A DNA stretch of 64,000 nt, from the NCBI RefSeq assembly GCF_004010195.1, contig NC_057760.1, forward strand, positions 2,030,386-2,094,385, given 5' to 3'. Each line of letters begins with the position of its first letter. The first letter of the stretch is position 1. The stretch is from Chiloscyllium plagiosum (Eukaryota). Shown here piece after piece: positions 12,758 through 26,723 of the stretch. The notes below the pieces were generated by a model that was given only the letters and a program-made list of their open reading frames with translations, ran no database searches and was not told where the DNA came from. Made by a program: the position numbers and the translations under genes.

Positions 12758-13164
12758 AGTAAATTGGGATACAGCAATTGGATGAATTTAATTTTATGGA
12801 AATGGAAAAAGAAAGATTTAAATCATAAACAATCTGACAATGATGGATCAGCTTTTAATAGTGCACCAGAAATTTGAGAAATGCATAAAATAAAATTTCT
12901 TGCACCCAGATTTGTGATTTACCAAGCAATCTACTCTGTACATCTCAGATTTTAACCCACCTCCACCAGCTGGGTTCCACAACTGTACTTGATTTTCTTG
13001 TGCTGCTGAACCAGAGCTCCAGTGATGTCCATGAGAAAGCTCAGCTGTGACAGCAAGGTAAGGCTTGGATATACGGTCTCCAACATACACTGTGTCAGGA
13101 TCTCAACTGTAGGTAAGTCCCCATTAAACTAAGGAAGGCTAAAAGCAGTAAACAGAAGTAAACC

Positions 13165-14370
13165 AAAGAACTGCAGATGCTGGAAATCAGAAACAAAAAT
13201 AGAAAATGCTGGGAAAACTCAGGAGATCTGGCAGCATTTGTACAGAAAAAGCATAGTTAACATTTGGGTTTACTGCTTTCTTTAGAATTGAGCTAGAAAA
13301 AGGTTGGTGTATATGCTGAAGAGTGCGGGGAGTGGGGAAGGAGTAAACGATCGGTAGAGATGGAGCCCAGAGACGGAAAGATAGTTGGGCAGGCAAAGGA
13401 ATTGGGTACAGGTCACCCTGGGAGAATCAATGGCTTCTAAGGGACCATCGGTATCTGACAATGGTCATATGTGGTAGCTGCCCATGTGATGACAAGGTTT
13501 GGTGTATGTGGGGATTGGCTGAAAGATGTGGGAGAAGACTATAAAATTATTGAACTTGATATTGAGTCCCAAAGGCTGCAGAGTCCCCAAGTGGAAAACG
13601 AAATGCTGTTCTTCTAGCTTGTGCTGAGCTTTGGAACACAGTGGTGAGATGAAGTGGCAGTCAAAGGGAAGCTCACAGTCATTTTTGTAGACAGAAGGTA
13701 GGTGTTCTGCAAAGCAGACATCCAGTCTACGTTTTGTCTCCCCAGTGTAGAGGAGATCACATTGTGAGGAGCAAATACGGTAGACTACATTGAGTGAAGT
13801 GCAAGTAAATCAGTGCTTTACCTGGAAGGTATGTCTAGGTGTGTCTTGGATGATGAGGAAGGAGGAAGTAAACTGGCAGGTCATTTTCTGTGATTGTTTG
13901 GGAAGATGCTGTAGGAGTATGAGGAAGTGTTGGGTGTGGAGGAGTGGACCAGGGTGACCCGGGAGGAAAGATCCCTGTGGAAGACTGACAAGCAAAGGGA
14001 AGGGAATTTGTGAAGTGGTAGCATCCAGCTGGAGGTGGCAGAAAAAAGGTGGCTAATCATCCTTTGGATGTGGATGCTTGTGGGATGGTAAGTGAGAACA
14101 AGGGCACCCTGTCATCGTGTGTGAAGGAGGAGAAAGGGTGAGGACAAAGTGGAGAAGATGGTCAGATATGGGTCACCTAAAGTGGCGGGAATCCTGGGCT
14201 GAGAAGGAAGGTGGATATTTTGGGGGGCCCCCTGTAGAAGCTGGTATAATCAGAACAGATGCGATGGTGATGCAGAAACTTGGACAATGGAATAGAGTCT
14301 TCACTGGAAGCGGGGTGTGAGGACTTATAGTTAAGGTAACTGTGGGAGTCAGTGGATTTGTAATGGATTG
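13165..14370 (-). mobile_element. Penelope-like element 3' portion (GIY-YIG region and terminal repeat), decayed
   Basis: Collinear and similar to 22555-23760. Confidence 0.75.
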
Positions 14371-17300
14371 TAAGCTAAACTCAGGTCTGTTCAAATTCTG
14401 AAGGGTTTGTTTCCACTCGCTCTGGTTTTCAGGATTAGAGACCCTCATCCTGGATTTGTTCAGCAGATTTTTAAAGGAACTTGATGGCTTAGATTTTTTT
14501 TTAGAAGGAATAAAAGCTAACTCTAAGCAATCTGACTTTATGATTTAATACTTTCAGCACCGGACTTATTTTGCCTCCTTCCCGTCTATTCCAGAGCTAT
14601 AAAGCACAATACTGAACAGTACTCTGATGGTATCCTTTTTAGATTCCAGTCCCTTTGAGTTATAACAACTTCAAGTTCTCAGTGAGAATAAATAGTCAGA
14701 GACTCCATTTAGTTTCTAAAGCCTTTAATGAATATCCTTCGATATGATGACCCCTTAGCTTGAAGTCCAAGGCACTTTGTACAGTGAACAGTTTTAAACC
14801 ATTGATTAGACCTTGTCTGATTTTGGCTATAACAACACTGCACATATGACCAAAACAAAGCCAAGAACCAGATGGAGATGGAAAGTGGATGACCAAGCAA
14901 CATATTAGATGTCTGCAATCATTGTCAACAAATCTCAGCTTGTACCTGTGTGCACACTGCTAGTCTGATGGTGGGAAAAGAAGTTGGAGAAACTAGAAAA
15001 TAAATTATTTTCAGCTCAGCAACATCTCTGCATCCACATTCTTGTCAATTTGTATGATCTACTCTTGCAGACTGATAGCCATTTTTAGTGTACAACACTA
15101 GGCCTCATTATCCCAAACTAGTAGCCATGTATAGTTTACATGAATTGATCTAAATTTTGCAGGTTGGTAGCTATTTATAGTGTAGCTCTTTTGATTTCAT
15201 TGACCCAAACTTGCAGCCCAGTGTGGTACTGAAAGATATAGAGCAGGAAGGATTCCGTTTCAATTATTAATCTGTAATGAGTTAGTTGAACCTTAGCAGG
15301 GTCAACAATGGAGCATAACTATTTATCTTGGCATTTTTGGGAGTATAGCAGAAGAAAAGCAGGGTTCCCACTACTGAGCACTACCCCCTTTTTCATAGTC
15401 CCTTTTTCTGCAAGTCATGTCAGTTGGATGAAGATTGAACTTAGCCATGACACTTCTCATGGTTAATGTGGAACACATGGAATGATTCCAGAGCAAGAAA
15501 GAGCCTACCAAGGGTGCTAAAAGAGTGTTCCCTTTAGGATGACTTGAACATTCTGATAAAATCTAAACAACATATATGGAGGATAAACACCAGCATAAAC
15601 TATTTCTGTGCTCTAAAATTCAATGAAATATAATGGACACATTTGCTCCCAGGCACTATTAGGAACTAGATTGTAAACCAGGAGATCAATGATCACACAT
15701 GAGATCAATGAAACCAATTGTTTAATTCCATGGAAACACACATTATCCTGTCCTAAATTGGCAATCAGTAGATGACACAGGATTTGGAGGGCTCATTAGA
15801 TAATGGGGCCACAGATTTTCTTATCCCAAAATATAACCCAGTTACCGGGTTCAGAAACATAATCTCCAGTTTTCAACTTCCTTCCCACTTTGCTGACACT
15901 TGGTGGGGAACACACTTAGAATTAGATCCCAACCGCTGCTCCCTCACCTAGTTGGCTGATTTCCACATAAGCCTTGGCAGTGATGAGCATCACCAATCCA
16001 AGTCTAGTCATTTGATGTCCTCACATACCCACAGTCCTTTCTCACTATGTAGTGATGAAAGGCAGCAGGTCTTGTTGTTGAAGTCCCTTCTCAGTCTGGG
16101 AGTCACAGGTCCAACTGTAACACTTCTGTCATTGCTCCAATGAAATTAAACTAATTCATTACGGACCAAGCTGGAAACTGGGATCCACTCTGGCTCAGTA
16201 TTGCACTGGGGAGGCTGTTTGAATTCAGGTTTCAGGACAGTTCTGTGCCTTGGTTTTGTCTTAATATAAATGAGTGGCATATATATGATATATATTGTTG
16301 CCAGTCAAATGACAGGAAGCAACTTGTACAGACACCCTTAATTACCTGCAGAAAGTAGTTCAAATTAGATCTCTGGATAACAGAAGAATGGTATTTATTA
16401 TAAAAGTCAAATATTGCAGATGCTGGAAGTGTGAAATAAAAAAAAACAGAAATGCTGGAAATACTCAGATGTTCTGGCAGTCTCGTGGAGAAGGAAAAAG
16501 AGTCAACATTTTGAGTCAAATGTGACTCTTCTTCGGAATGGTATTTTTATTCCGCTTTTAATCAATGTGACTTAGAAGGGATGAAGCACTTTTTAAAATA
16601 CTTTAGCTGAAGCACTTTTTAAAATACTTTTAAATTTACCATACAGATAAAAAAATAAAAAAAACTCTATGAATCTGACCAAGGTAAGGGTATTTGGATA
16701 TTGCAAACAGCTTTCCAGACAGTTTACAGAAGGATAATTCTAGCTTTTAAGCCGTGCAAATCTAAACAAGTCATTGTTATGTAGCCTGCTATAGATTGTT
16801 ACCTGATTTTCTCTGTGCTGTTAGTCATAGTTTGTCACTGCCTTTATCATTATCCTGCTTTGCAGATCTGTATCCTTGTTCCTTTCCATGTCATTGGCCT
16901 TCTTCATTCATTTGAGATGAAACTGGACACAGGAAGGGACGTGAAACAGGAGGGGTTGAATACCTCATTCGATATACCCCACATCCAGTGTTGATTGTTA
17001 CTGGACTGAAAGTCAGGAGGAGTGTTTACAGGCCACCTCCGAACAGTTCTCATTGTTCCTCCCAAATACCAAATCTCCTTACCCATGTTTCCATCCTTCA
17101 TGTAGGTGAAATCCAGTTTCACCACACTGTCTCCTATTTCTCATCCTTTCCCCAGGATCGCAACTCATATCTTTGCCCATGACCATCCTCCCTGCTTTAT
17201 TTTTCCACTAATGTTTCTATCTATTTTTATCACTTTTCTTCAGATTCCATTTCCCTCTTTCACTCACAACCTCTTTCTATTAGGTCTCTGAGACTTTTAA

Positions 17301-18219
17301 GTGACTATCTTCCTTCACAAGTCTCTCTTCTAGTTGGGACAGGATGAAATACCAGATAAGTTTTCCCTCTGATAGATAGTCTCTCTCCTATTTCTATAGT
17401 CTCTACTATGGGTTTTGAGTGAGTTAAAAGCAGATCCAAATGATCTGTTGCAACAGCTGTTGTCTTTATTTATCAAACTAATTATGTCTGTGCTAGTATG
17501 AACTCTCCTGACCCTGCTAACGTCCCAAACTGACCCTCAACAGAAGTCTTTCTGTGCCCTGTATCCAGCCTGTGTTTCCAGAATTCAAATGCACCATCTC
17601 CAAGTCTAATTAATTCCTCCACAGAACACCAAACGAGTCAGCCTCCTTTCCTTCCTTCAGTTCTCTCTCTGAAGACTGAGCTTGGTGCCACTAGCATCTC
17701 CGTCTGTGAAAAATCAGTCTCACATGCTCTTGGTAAGATGGATAAGGTACTCGATACCGGCTTTCCCCTATTAATCCAGTATCTTCCACAAAATCAGAGA
17801 TTAATACAGAACAGGAGGCTATTTGCCCCATTGTGCTTGTAATAGAGTTTTGAAAGTTTAAATAGTGCTATATCACTTTCACCTTAGCCCAAACAGCATC
17901 CCATTAAAAATCCAACTGGAGAAAAAGGTGTAAAGAGGGCGCTGTAGGGATTGGTGGGAGCCAGGGGGGGGGGAAGGGGTTGTGGCTGGGGGGTGCTGGA
18001 GTGTTTGCAGGGCGCTGGTGATCAGTAAGTGTCAGCTAAATGATGGCGGATATGTTTCATCTTTTAAATGGACTTGGAGAAGCGTGGGTTAGAGAAGGGT
18101 TAAACAGCTATTCTTTCCATTCGTCCTCACCATCCAGAGGTTTCAGGGGGTGAGGTAAGTACAAACATGAAGCTAAAGGTCAGATTCCATTGTAATGCCT
18201 TCTGGAGTAAGCATATAAA

Positions 18220-18860
18220 CAAGGAACAAGAGTAGGCCATTTGGTCCTTTAAGCCTGCTCCATGATTCAATAAGATCATGTTTTAACCTCAACTCAACAT
18301 TCCTGCATGCACCCCAATAACCTTACATCCCCTTTATACTCAAGAATCTATCTACCTCTGTTTTAAATTGTTTAATGATTCTGTATCCACTGCCTTTTGA
18401 GAAATGACATTCCAAAGAAGTTCACAACCCTCTAAGAGAAATAAAAGTCTTCCTCTCTGTTTTAAATGGATACTTTAAACGATGATCCCTAGTTCTAGAT
18501 TCTCCCACAAGAGGAAATATCCTTTTCACATCTTCCTTGTCCAGTCCCCTCAGGACTGTCTATGTTGAATTAAGACTCTTTTAAGCACTAGAGGATAAAG
18601 GCTTAGATTGTGTAGCCTTTCCTCATAAAGCAATCTGTTCATTCCAGGTATTAATCTAGTAAGCTTTCTCTGAATTGGTTCCAATACATTAACATTTTTC
18701 CATAACTGCAGTGACCACTACTGTACACAGATGTCATCTCTCCAATACCCTATACAACTGAAGCAGAATTTTCTTACTCTTGCATTTAATTCCCCTCCAA
18801 TAAAACATAACATTCTAAAGGATTTCTTTGTTACTTGCTGTATCTGCATACTATCCTTCT
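18220..18860 (-). mobile_element. Old CR1 3' fragment (probably continues at 20135-20340)
   Basis: Reverse-complement CR1 3' region; split by SINE and younger CR1 insertions. Confidence 0.65.
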
Positions 18861-18876
18861 TAGATTTCTTAAATAC

Positions 18877-19192
18877 GGATGGCATGGTGGCTCAGTGGTT
18901 AGCACTGCTGCATCACAGCGCCAGGGACCAAGGTTCGATTCCAGCCTTGGGTGATTGTCTGTGTGGGGTTTGCACATTCTCTTTGTGCCTGCGTGGGTTT
19001 TCTCCGGGTGCTCCGGTTTCTTCCCACAGTCCAAAGATGTGCAGGCCAGGTGAATTGGCTGTGCTGAATTGCCTGTAGTGTTAGGTGCATTAGTCAGAGG
19101 GAAATGGGTCTGGGTGGGTTACTCTTTGGAGGGTCGGTGTGGACCTGTTGGGCCGAAGGACCTGTTTCCACACTGTAGGGCATCTAACCTAA
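18877..19192 (+). mobile_element. HE1-type V-SINE, full length
   Basis: ggcatggtggctcagtggttagc...ggttcgattcc...cctgtttccacactgtaggg. Confidence 0.9.
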
Positions 19193-19199
19193 AAAAAAT

Positions 19200-20133
19200 T
19201 TGGATGTGAATATAAGAAGTATGGTTAGTAAGTTCACAGCTGACTCCAAAAGTGTGATGCAATGGATAATGAAGAAGGTTATCTCAGAGTATAACAGGGC
19301 CTTGATCAGATGGACCAACCAGCTGAGGAGTCACAGATGGAGTTTAATTTAAACAGAGTTGCATTTTGGTAAGGCAAATCAGAGTGTGACTTGTACAATT
19401 AATGGCAGGGGATTGGGCAGTGTTACCGAGCAAAGGGACCAACGCAGGTTCAGAGTTCCTTGAAAGTGGAGTCTCAGGTAGATAAGGTGGTGAAGAAGGC
19501 ATTTGGCACTCTTGCCTTTATTGGTCAGTGCATTGAGTATAGGTGTTGGGACGTCATATTGTGGCTATATGGGATATTGATTAGACTATTTTTAGAATAC
19601 TGTGTTCAATTCTGGTCTCCCTGCTATAGGAAAGATGTTGTTAAATTTGAAAGAGTTCAGAAAAGATTTATAAGAATATTGCCAGGGTTGGAGTGTTTCA
19701 GCTAGAGGGAGAGACTGAATAGGCTGGGGCTACTTTCCCCTGCAGTCTCGGAGGGCGAGGTATGACTTTAGAGAGATTTATAAAATCATGAGGGGCATGG
19801 ATAGGGTGATTAGCCAAGGTCTTTTCCTCACAGTAGGGAATCCAAAACTAGAGCGCGTAGGTTTAAGTTGAGAGGGAAATGATTTTAAAGGGAGTGAGAG
19901 ACAACATTTTCACACAGAGGGTAGTGAATGTACAGAACAAGCTGCCAGAGGAATTGGTGGAGGTGGGTACAATTATAACATTTAAAAGGCATCTGGATGG
20001 GTACATGAGAAGGAAGGGTTTGGAGAGATTTGGGCCAAATGCTAGCAAAGGGAACTAGATTGGGTTCAGATATCTGGTTGGCATGGATGAGTTGGGCTGA
20101 AAGGTGTGTTTCTATGCTGTGTGACTCTATGAC
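19200..20133 (+). mobile_element. CR1/HER1 LINE 3' portion
   Basis: KAFGTLAFIGQCIEYR...LEYCVQFWSPCYRKDV..ERVQKRF and tail gactctatgact. Confidence 0.9.
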
Positions 20134-21985
20134 TGGGATACCTCAGATACCCCTCAGCATGCATCTCAGAGCTCTGCACACTCACCATTTAGAGAATATG
20201 CTTCTATTTATTCTTTCTGTCATGATGGATACTTTAATATTTTCCCACATTATACTCCATTTGCCTTATCTTTGCCAACTCACTTAACACACCTGTAGCC
20301 CTTTTTTAGCTTCCTTATATCGTCTTCACAACTTATATCCCTCAGTCTCATCATCTGGAGTCACATATGAAGAATGGGGCATGGCTAGGGGTTTGGGAGG
20401 TTGTCAATGCCTTTGGATCCTGTATTCTATGCCCCACTCCCTCATCTTCACCCCACTCCTGGAGAGAGCAGGGGAAATGCAGCAAGACGGGACTTCATAA
20501 CGAAAGGATGCACCATACTGTTGACCACTCTGGTTGAAGCTAATTTTTCACACAATGTGTGAGAGTCTATTGCCAGCCCTGGACAGTTTAACAGCTGAGT
20601 AATACTGAAGAAGCAAATCCATCACCATTATACTGATATAAAATTAATACAGATACTGATAAATAGTCCCTCTGGGGTTTCAACATTCTTCTCCGAGTTA
20701 GTCAGGTTAACCTTTCATTTTGTCTTCTTGAGAAAAGAATGAGGCATTGCAAAGGCAAGGTGCGACTACATTTGTTTTGATGCCCAGGATTGACCTGTTT
20801 CTGTGCTGTAAATTCTATGTAATTTCTAAGTAGCAGTCTCTCTTCTTTAAAAAAAAACATGTTTTGAAAGGGTCATTTCTCTCCTTGTCTAATACACACA
20901 TACAGTGCTGGGACACCACTCTTTGTTTAACTCGTTCGTTTCGCCCTATAGGCTGGCAGACAAGAATTTTGCATAAAATCAAACTTTCTGTTAGCATTGC
21001 ATCGCTGGGGAAACAGAAGGATCATTTTGGCTGGCTTTCAAACACAAAGCCAAACTGACCTCGACTGAAAGGCCCTAAGAAAGGTCAAAGTACTTTTCTC
21101 CTCCCCCAGTTGCTCCTGGTGTGGTTGTGATTTTCTCATCAGGAATCACTCCTGTTTTGTTAGGTTGCATCTGGACAAGCCAACCAGTTAACCCATTTTT
21201 GTTGCTTTGTTTTTTTTTGGTTGACGTTTGGCTCCGGAACACCAGGGAGAAATCTCTACCCAACAGAGGACGTCAGTTGTGAAATTTGTGATATCCACTT
21301 TCACCACTGTACTGGAGCATTGGTCAGCCTGGATCATGGGCTCAAATTCTGTACTGGGATTGGAAGCCACAGGCTCCTAAATGTGACCAAACCAGACAAG
21401 CTGGTGCCAAGCTTAAAGCAGGCAGGAGTATGCTGATAGCTGCACCCACCAGTGAAGAGGCTTGTGTTGTGCTTTATTCAGTTATATATATTCTTTGTTT
21501 ATATATGTATTTCTTCTTCCCTTTAAAAGAAAATCATGGTTTTGGCAACAGGCAGTGACAGGAAGGCTCCTCTCTCCTAGTGATGGCTGCAGGTTTTGCT
21601 ATTGTTTGAAGAAGACCCACATTTCAGCCCCTGTGAGAAGGCAATCCTTATTTCTGCTCCATGCCAGCAAATCCCTCACCCAGCACACTCAGTCTCCTTG
21701 TTTCAGAACTCAACCTGTTCCTATCTTTTTGCCTCATCTGGCAGCATCTTGAAAGGAGTTGAAGGGTGGGGTCTGTATAGCAGAGGAGCAGCGGAGAGGG
21801 AGTGTCAGCACCCCAAGGGGAAGAAAGAGGGTAAAAGGCAGTTCTGAGTAAGTGAAAGCTCTGGTCCTATATGCCTGTAACCCCATCTTTCTGTTCATAG
21901 AGCCAAAGTGAAGGGTGGATTGGGGGGGCTTGGGAGGGAAGTGTTAGGGGAAAAATAAATCACTCCTGGTCCAAAGTTCAGGGCC

Positions 21986-22267
21986 CTAACAACTGCTGGA
22001 ACTGGTGCAAGGAGTTGGGAAGGAGGGGGAGCTGAGTCCCAGTTGGCTGTCAGAGCGCTGGGAGTCACCATGTGTACTGCCAGCTTCAGTGATAGCGCTG
22101 AGGATCTGCTGCTGCTGTTGCTGCAGGGTGTCAGCGATCAGTCTTGGCAGGGCATGGAAGCTGCTCGTCAGTCCCTCCAACTTGTTCTCCAGGCTCATTA
22201 TCTGCTTCTCCAGGTCTTCACCTCGATCGTTCAGCTCTGTGATTAGGTCATACATGATCGTCTGCAT
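21986..22267 (-). CDS. KCNN3: KCNN3 (SK3/KCa2.3 small-conductance Ca2+-activated K+ channel) terminal coding exon
   Basis: [23 protein letters not shown]...[11 protein letters not shown]...[12 protein letters not shown] matches the recalled SK3 C-terminus ([23 protein letters not shown]...SFPTPYTSSSSC); cccag acceptor immediately upstream, so the Met is not a start codon. Confidence 0.93.
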   Translation of the reverse strand: MQTIMYDLITELNDRGEDLEKQIMSLENKLEGLTSSFHALPRLIADTLQQQQQQILSAITEAGSTHGDSQRSDSQLGLSSPSFPTPCTSSSSC

Positions 22268-22554
22268 CTGGGTTGCACATATACAATAAAAGCAGTGAAA
22301 TTTAGTTTGGAATGACCAGCATGCGTCCTACCTTCACCAATGCTGCTTCACCAAAATCACAAACTCCTAACTCCTTAACATCACCCATCTCTGCCCCTTC
22401 CTTATTCAGTCTGCAATAGAAACCCTCATTAATGGACTCAGGCTAGTTCATTGCTTCTACGGTCAGTCTGCTAACTTCTGTAACTGTGGGTCATCCAAAT
22501 TTCTGTTTCCCATATCCTAAATCGCACGATATCCCATCCACCCAACCCTCACAG

Positions 22555-24620
22555 GTCTAAAACAAAAACAAATTTCGAGGGAAACTTATCAAGTTGGCAG
22601 CATCTGTGGAGAGAAAGCAGAATTAAAGTTTTAGGTCCAGTTATCCTTTTCAGAACTGATGATAGCTCAGAAAGGTTAGTATATATACTGAAGATAGAGT
22701 GGGGTGAGGGAGGAGTAAACAATGGGTGGAGGTGGAGCCCAGAGAGAGAGAAAAGCACTTGTGCAGACAAAGGAATGGGTAGAGGTCAGCCTGGGAGAAT
22801 CATGGCTGCTAATGGGGACCATCAGTAGCTGACAATGGGTTGTATGTGGTAGCAGCTCATGTGATGACAAGGCTTGGTCATGAGGGTTGAGGTAAGGACG
22901 AAGGAAAAAATTCTCAAGTTCTAAAATTACTGAACTTGGTGTTGAGTCTGGAAGGCTGCAGGGTACCAAAGCAGAAAATGAGATGCTATTCTCCCAGCTT
23001 GCACTGAGCTTCATTGGAGCACTACCGCAAGCCCAAGATAGAGATGTTGGCCAGGGAACACGATGGTGTGTTGAAATGACAGGTAACAGGAAATTCAGGG
23101 TCATGTTTGCAGAAATAACTGGTCATCCAGTCTGCATGTCATCTCACCAATGTAGAGAAGACCACATTGTGAGTAGAAAATACAATAAACTACACTGAGT
23201 GAAGTGCAAGTAAATCACTGCTTTACTTGGAAGTTGTGTCTGGGGTTTTGGATTGTGAATAGGGCAGAAGAACACAGGCAGGCATTGCACCATCTGTGAC
23301 TGCATGGGAAGGTGTCATGGGGGTGTGGGAAAGTGTTGCAGTGGATGATGAGTGGACCAAGTTGTCCCAAAGGTAATGGTCCCTGTGGTAGGCTGACAAG
23401 AGAGGGGAAAGGAATATGTGTCTCGTTGTGGTACCCAGCTGGAGGTGACGCAAATGGCAGTTAATCATCCTTTGGATGTGGATGCTGTGGGGTAGTAAGT
23501 GAGGACCAGGGGACCCTGTCACTGTTGTGGGAGGGAGAAGAATGAGGGCTGAAGTGTGAGAGATGGGTTGGATATAACTGAAGGCCCTGTCAACCATAGT
23601 GATGGGGAATCCTCAGTTAAGGAAGAAGGTGGACATCTTGGAAGCCCCCTTATAGAAGGTGGCATCATCAGAACAGATGTGACGGCGATGGAGGATCCGG
23701 GAGAATGGAATAAAGTCCCACAGGTACCTGTGGGAGTTGGTGGGTTTGTAGTGGATATTTACACCATTCTGAGGAATGATCACTCCAAACGTTAACGCTG
23801 ATTTCTCTCCACAGATGCTGCCAAACCTGCGGAGCTTTTCCAGCAATTTCTGTTTTTGTTCCTGATTTACAGCATCTGCAGTTCTTTTGGGTTTTTTTGT
23901 AGTGGATATTGGTGGCCAGCTTATCCCCAGAAATGGAGACAGAGATGTTGAGGAAGGGAAGGGAGGAGTCAGAGATGGACCAGGTGAAGGTAAGAGCAGA
24001 GTAAAAATTGGAAGTGAAAGTGATAAACTTTCCTAATTCCAGAGTGAGGGAAGCAGCACCAATACTGTCATCAATCCACTGGAGAAAGAGTTGTGGGGAA
24101 GGGATTGAATAGGACTGGAACAAGGAATGTTCCACATATCCCACAAGGAGACAGGCATAACTGGGACCCATGTGAGTACCCATGGCCACACCTCTGACCT
24201 GAAGATATTGAGAGAAGTTAAAGAGGCAGTTGTTCAAAGTGAGGGTGTGCTCAGCTAGGTGGAGGAATGGGACAGTTCAGGCCCCTTTTTTTTCCAGGAA
24301 AAAGTAGTGAGCCCCAAGACAATCCTGGTGGGGAATGGACCTGTAAAGGGATTACATGTCCATGCTGAAGAGGAGGTAGCTGGAGCCCCCAAACTGGAAG
24401 CTTTGAAACTGACTTAAAGTTTCAGAAAAATCATGGATATAAATGGGAAGGGACTGGCCAAGTGGGGAAAAAAATTGAGTCAAGGTAGAAAGAGATGAGT
24501 TCTGTAGGGATTTTGGGAAGGAGGTAGAAACCACCTATGCAGGGTTGAGGGCAGACTATAGGCTTGGAGGCAATGGGGTGAGATCATCAGATAGAATGAG
24601 ACTAGTGACCATTGTGGACA
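22555..24620 (-). mobile_element. Penelope-like element, RT and GIY-YIG remnant
   Basis: YLQVRGVAMGTHMGPSYACLLVGYVE...WIDD RT motifs at 24237-24065; downstream CGLLYIG-type endonuclease remnant near 23150; terminal repeat near 22555-22660. Confidence 0.88.
23760..23895 (+). mobile_element. Solo Penelope terminal repeat nested antisense within a Penelope element, 15-bp TSD
   Basis: TTTGTAGTGGATATT at 23745-23759 and 23896-23910; body 'ccacagatgctgcc...cagcatctgcagttc'. Confidence 0.8.
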
Positions 24621-25649
24621 TGCCTCACACTGATATCTGGTCTGGCAAAACTGCAGTTTTTAATTTTTCAACCTCCTGGTCAAACCCCTTTATAGTCACA
24701 CCTCCTTTCTCTGCCCCATAATCTTCTCTTGATTCCTCTAATTTTGAACTCTTGTGTACATGTATTCACTTTCGCTTTGCTTGCTATTCATAGCCATGCC
24801 ATCATCTACCCAGCTACAAAACTCTGGAATTTCCTTGCTAAACCTCCCTGTCCCCTCCTTTAAGCTGCACCTTAAAACAGATGTCTTTGACTGGGCTTTT
24901 GCTCACCTGCCCTAATATCCCCTTATGCAGCTCAGTGTCAAATTTGTTAGATAACATCCTTGTGCAGTGCCATGGCATGCTTTACTAATGTTAAGGGTGC
25001 TACATAAATTCAAGTAGCTGTTTTTTGGTGCATTCTAGAACATAACAACATATTATGTAAAAAAAAAGTTGTCGTCTCCTCTTATGTTCTACCTAAAGCA
25101 ATTACCAGAAGGTGTGAGAGCGTCGTTAGCATTTGCTGTTTGCCTTTAAGATTTGTACCCTCTGCAGACTTTACTTGTTTTTTGCCATGAACTGAGTTAA
25201 ACAGCTTGAGGAATCCTTTCTCCATGAGTAGACTCTGCTGTTGTTGAGATGGCGATTCTTGACATAGACTCTGGATCACCAAAGAAAGAAAATTCTCCAC
25301 TCTTGACACTAAAGTTGCCCTATCCGGGCCACAGCAAAAATTTGGAACTTTAAAAAGGTGTTGGTTCAATTGGGATAGCCCATTGTAATTCACATTGGAA
25401 ACCTCATGGTGGCATCATACACTTATGAAATTAATCAGAGGCCCTGGCTCCTCTTAAACCTGAACACTTCACAACATAGCACCATTAATCTGAGAGGTGG
25501 CTAGCAACAGAGAGAAATGGCAACATGCCAGCCACTGCACTGATATATCCTGCTTTGTTGCTGACTCCCTACTGTATATTTCAAATTGTAACTGCCCCCA
25601 CATTTGTTCCACTTTACTATAGGTTCCTCCCCTTCCATTGTGTGACCAC

Positions 25650-26223
25650 AAGATCATGAGATATAGGAACAAAATTAGGCCATTCAGCCAATCAAGTCTG
25701 TTCCACCATTCGGTCATGGCTGATATGTTTGAGAACCCTACCCTCCTGCTTTGCCCATGTAACCGTTGATTCCCTTACTAATCAAGAACCAATATATCTT
25801 TGTCTTAAAGACACTCAATGACTTGTCTTCCACAGCCCTCTGTGGCAATGAATTCCACAGATTCACCACCCTCTGGCTGAAGAAATTCCTCCACATCTCA
25901 GTTCTAAAGGGTTGTCCCTTCACTCTGAGGCTGTGCCCTTGGGTCCTAATATCTCCTACTAGTGGAAACATCTTCTCCATTACCACTCTATATGAGACCT
26001 CTTGGTATCCTATAAGTTTCAATCAGATTCCCCCTCATCCTTCTAAACTCCATTGAGTACAAACCCAGAGTCCTCAACTGCTCCTCATATGATAAGCCCT
26101 TCATCCCCAGCATCATTTCTGATAAACCTCCTCTGGACTCCCTCTAATGCAAGCACATCCTGCCATAGAAATGGGGCCCAAAACTGCTCACAATATTCTA
26201 AATGTTGTCTGACCAGAGTCTTA
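25650..26223 (-). mobile_element. CR1 LINE 3' fragment truncated by the gap
   Basis: FPLVGDIRTQGHSLRVKG.PFRTEM.RNFFSQRVVNLWNSLPQ. Confidence 0.88.
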
Positions 26224-26723
26224 NNNNNNNNNNNNNNNNNNNNNNNNNNNNNNNNNNNNNNNNNNNNNNNNNNNNNNNNNNNNNNNNNNNNNNNNNNNNN
26301 NNNNNNNNNNNNNNNNNNNNNNNNNNNNNNNNNNNNNNNNNNNNNNNNNNNNNNNNNNNNNNNNNNNNNNNNNNNNNNNNNNNNNNNNNNNNNNNNNNNN
26401 NNNNNNNNNNNNNNNNNNNNNNNNNNNNNNNNNNNNNNNNNNNNNNNNNNNNNNNNNNNNNNNNNNNNNNNNNNNNNNNNNNNNNNNNNNNNNNNNNNNN
26501 NNNNNNNNNNNNNNNNNNNNNNNNNNNNNNNNNNNNNNNNNNNNNNNNNNNNNNNNNNNNNNNNNNNNNNNNNNNNNNNNNNNNNNNNNNNNNNNNNNNN
26601 NNNNNNNNNNNNNNNNNNNNNNNNNNNNNNNNNNNNNNNNNNNNNNNNNNNNNNNNNNNNNNNNNNNNNNNNNNNNNNNNNNNNNNNNNNNNNNNNNNNN
26701 NNNNNNNNNNNNNNNNNNNNNNN
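26224..26723. other. Assembly gap (exactly 500 N)
   Basis: Run of N; round length suggests a scaffolding placeholder. Confidence 0.99.

Noticed and set aside
16582..16630. Tandem duplication of TGAAGCACTTTTTAAAATACTTT (26-bp period)
   Set aside because: Ordinary local slippage duplication
25082..25393. 103-aa minus-strand ORF as a possible KCNN3 exon
   Set aside because: No similarity to the SK-channel calmodulin-binding or pore regions
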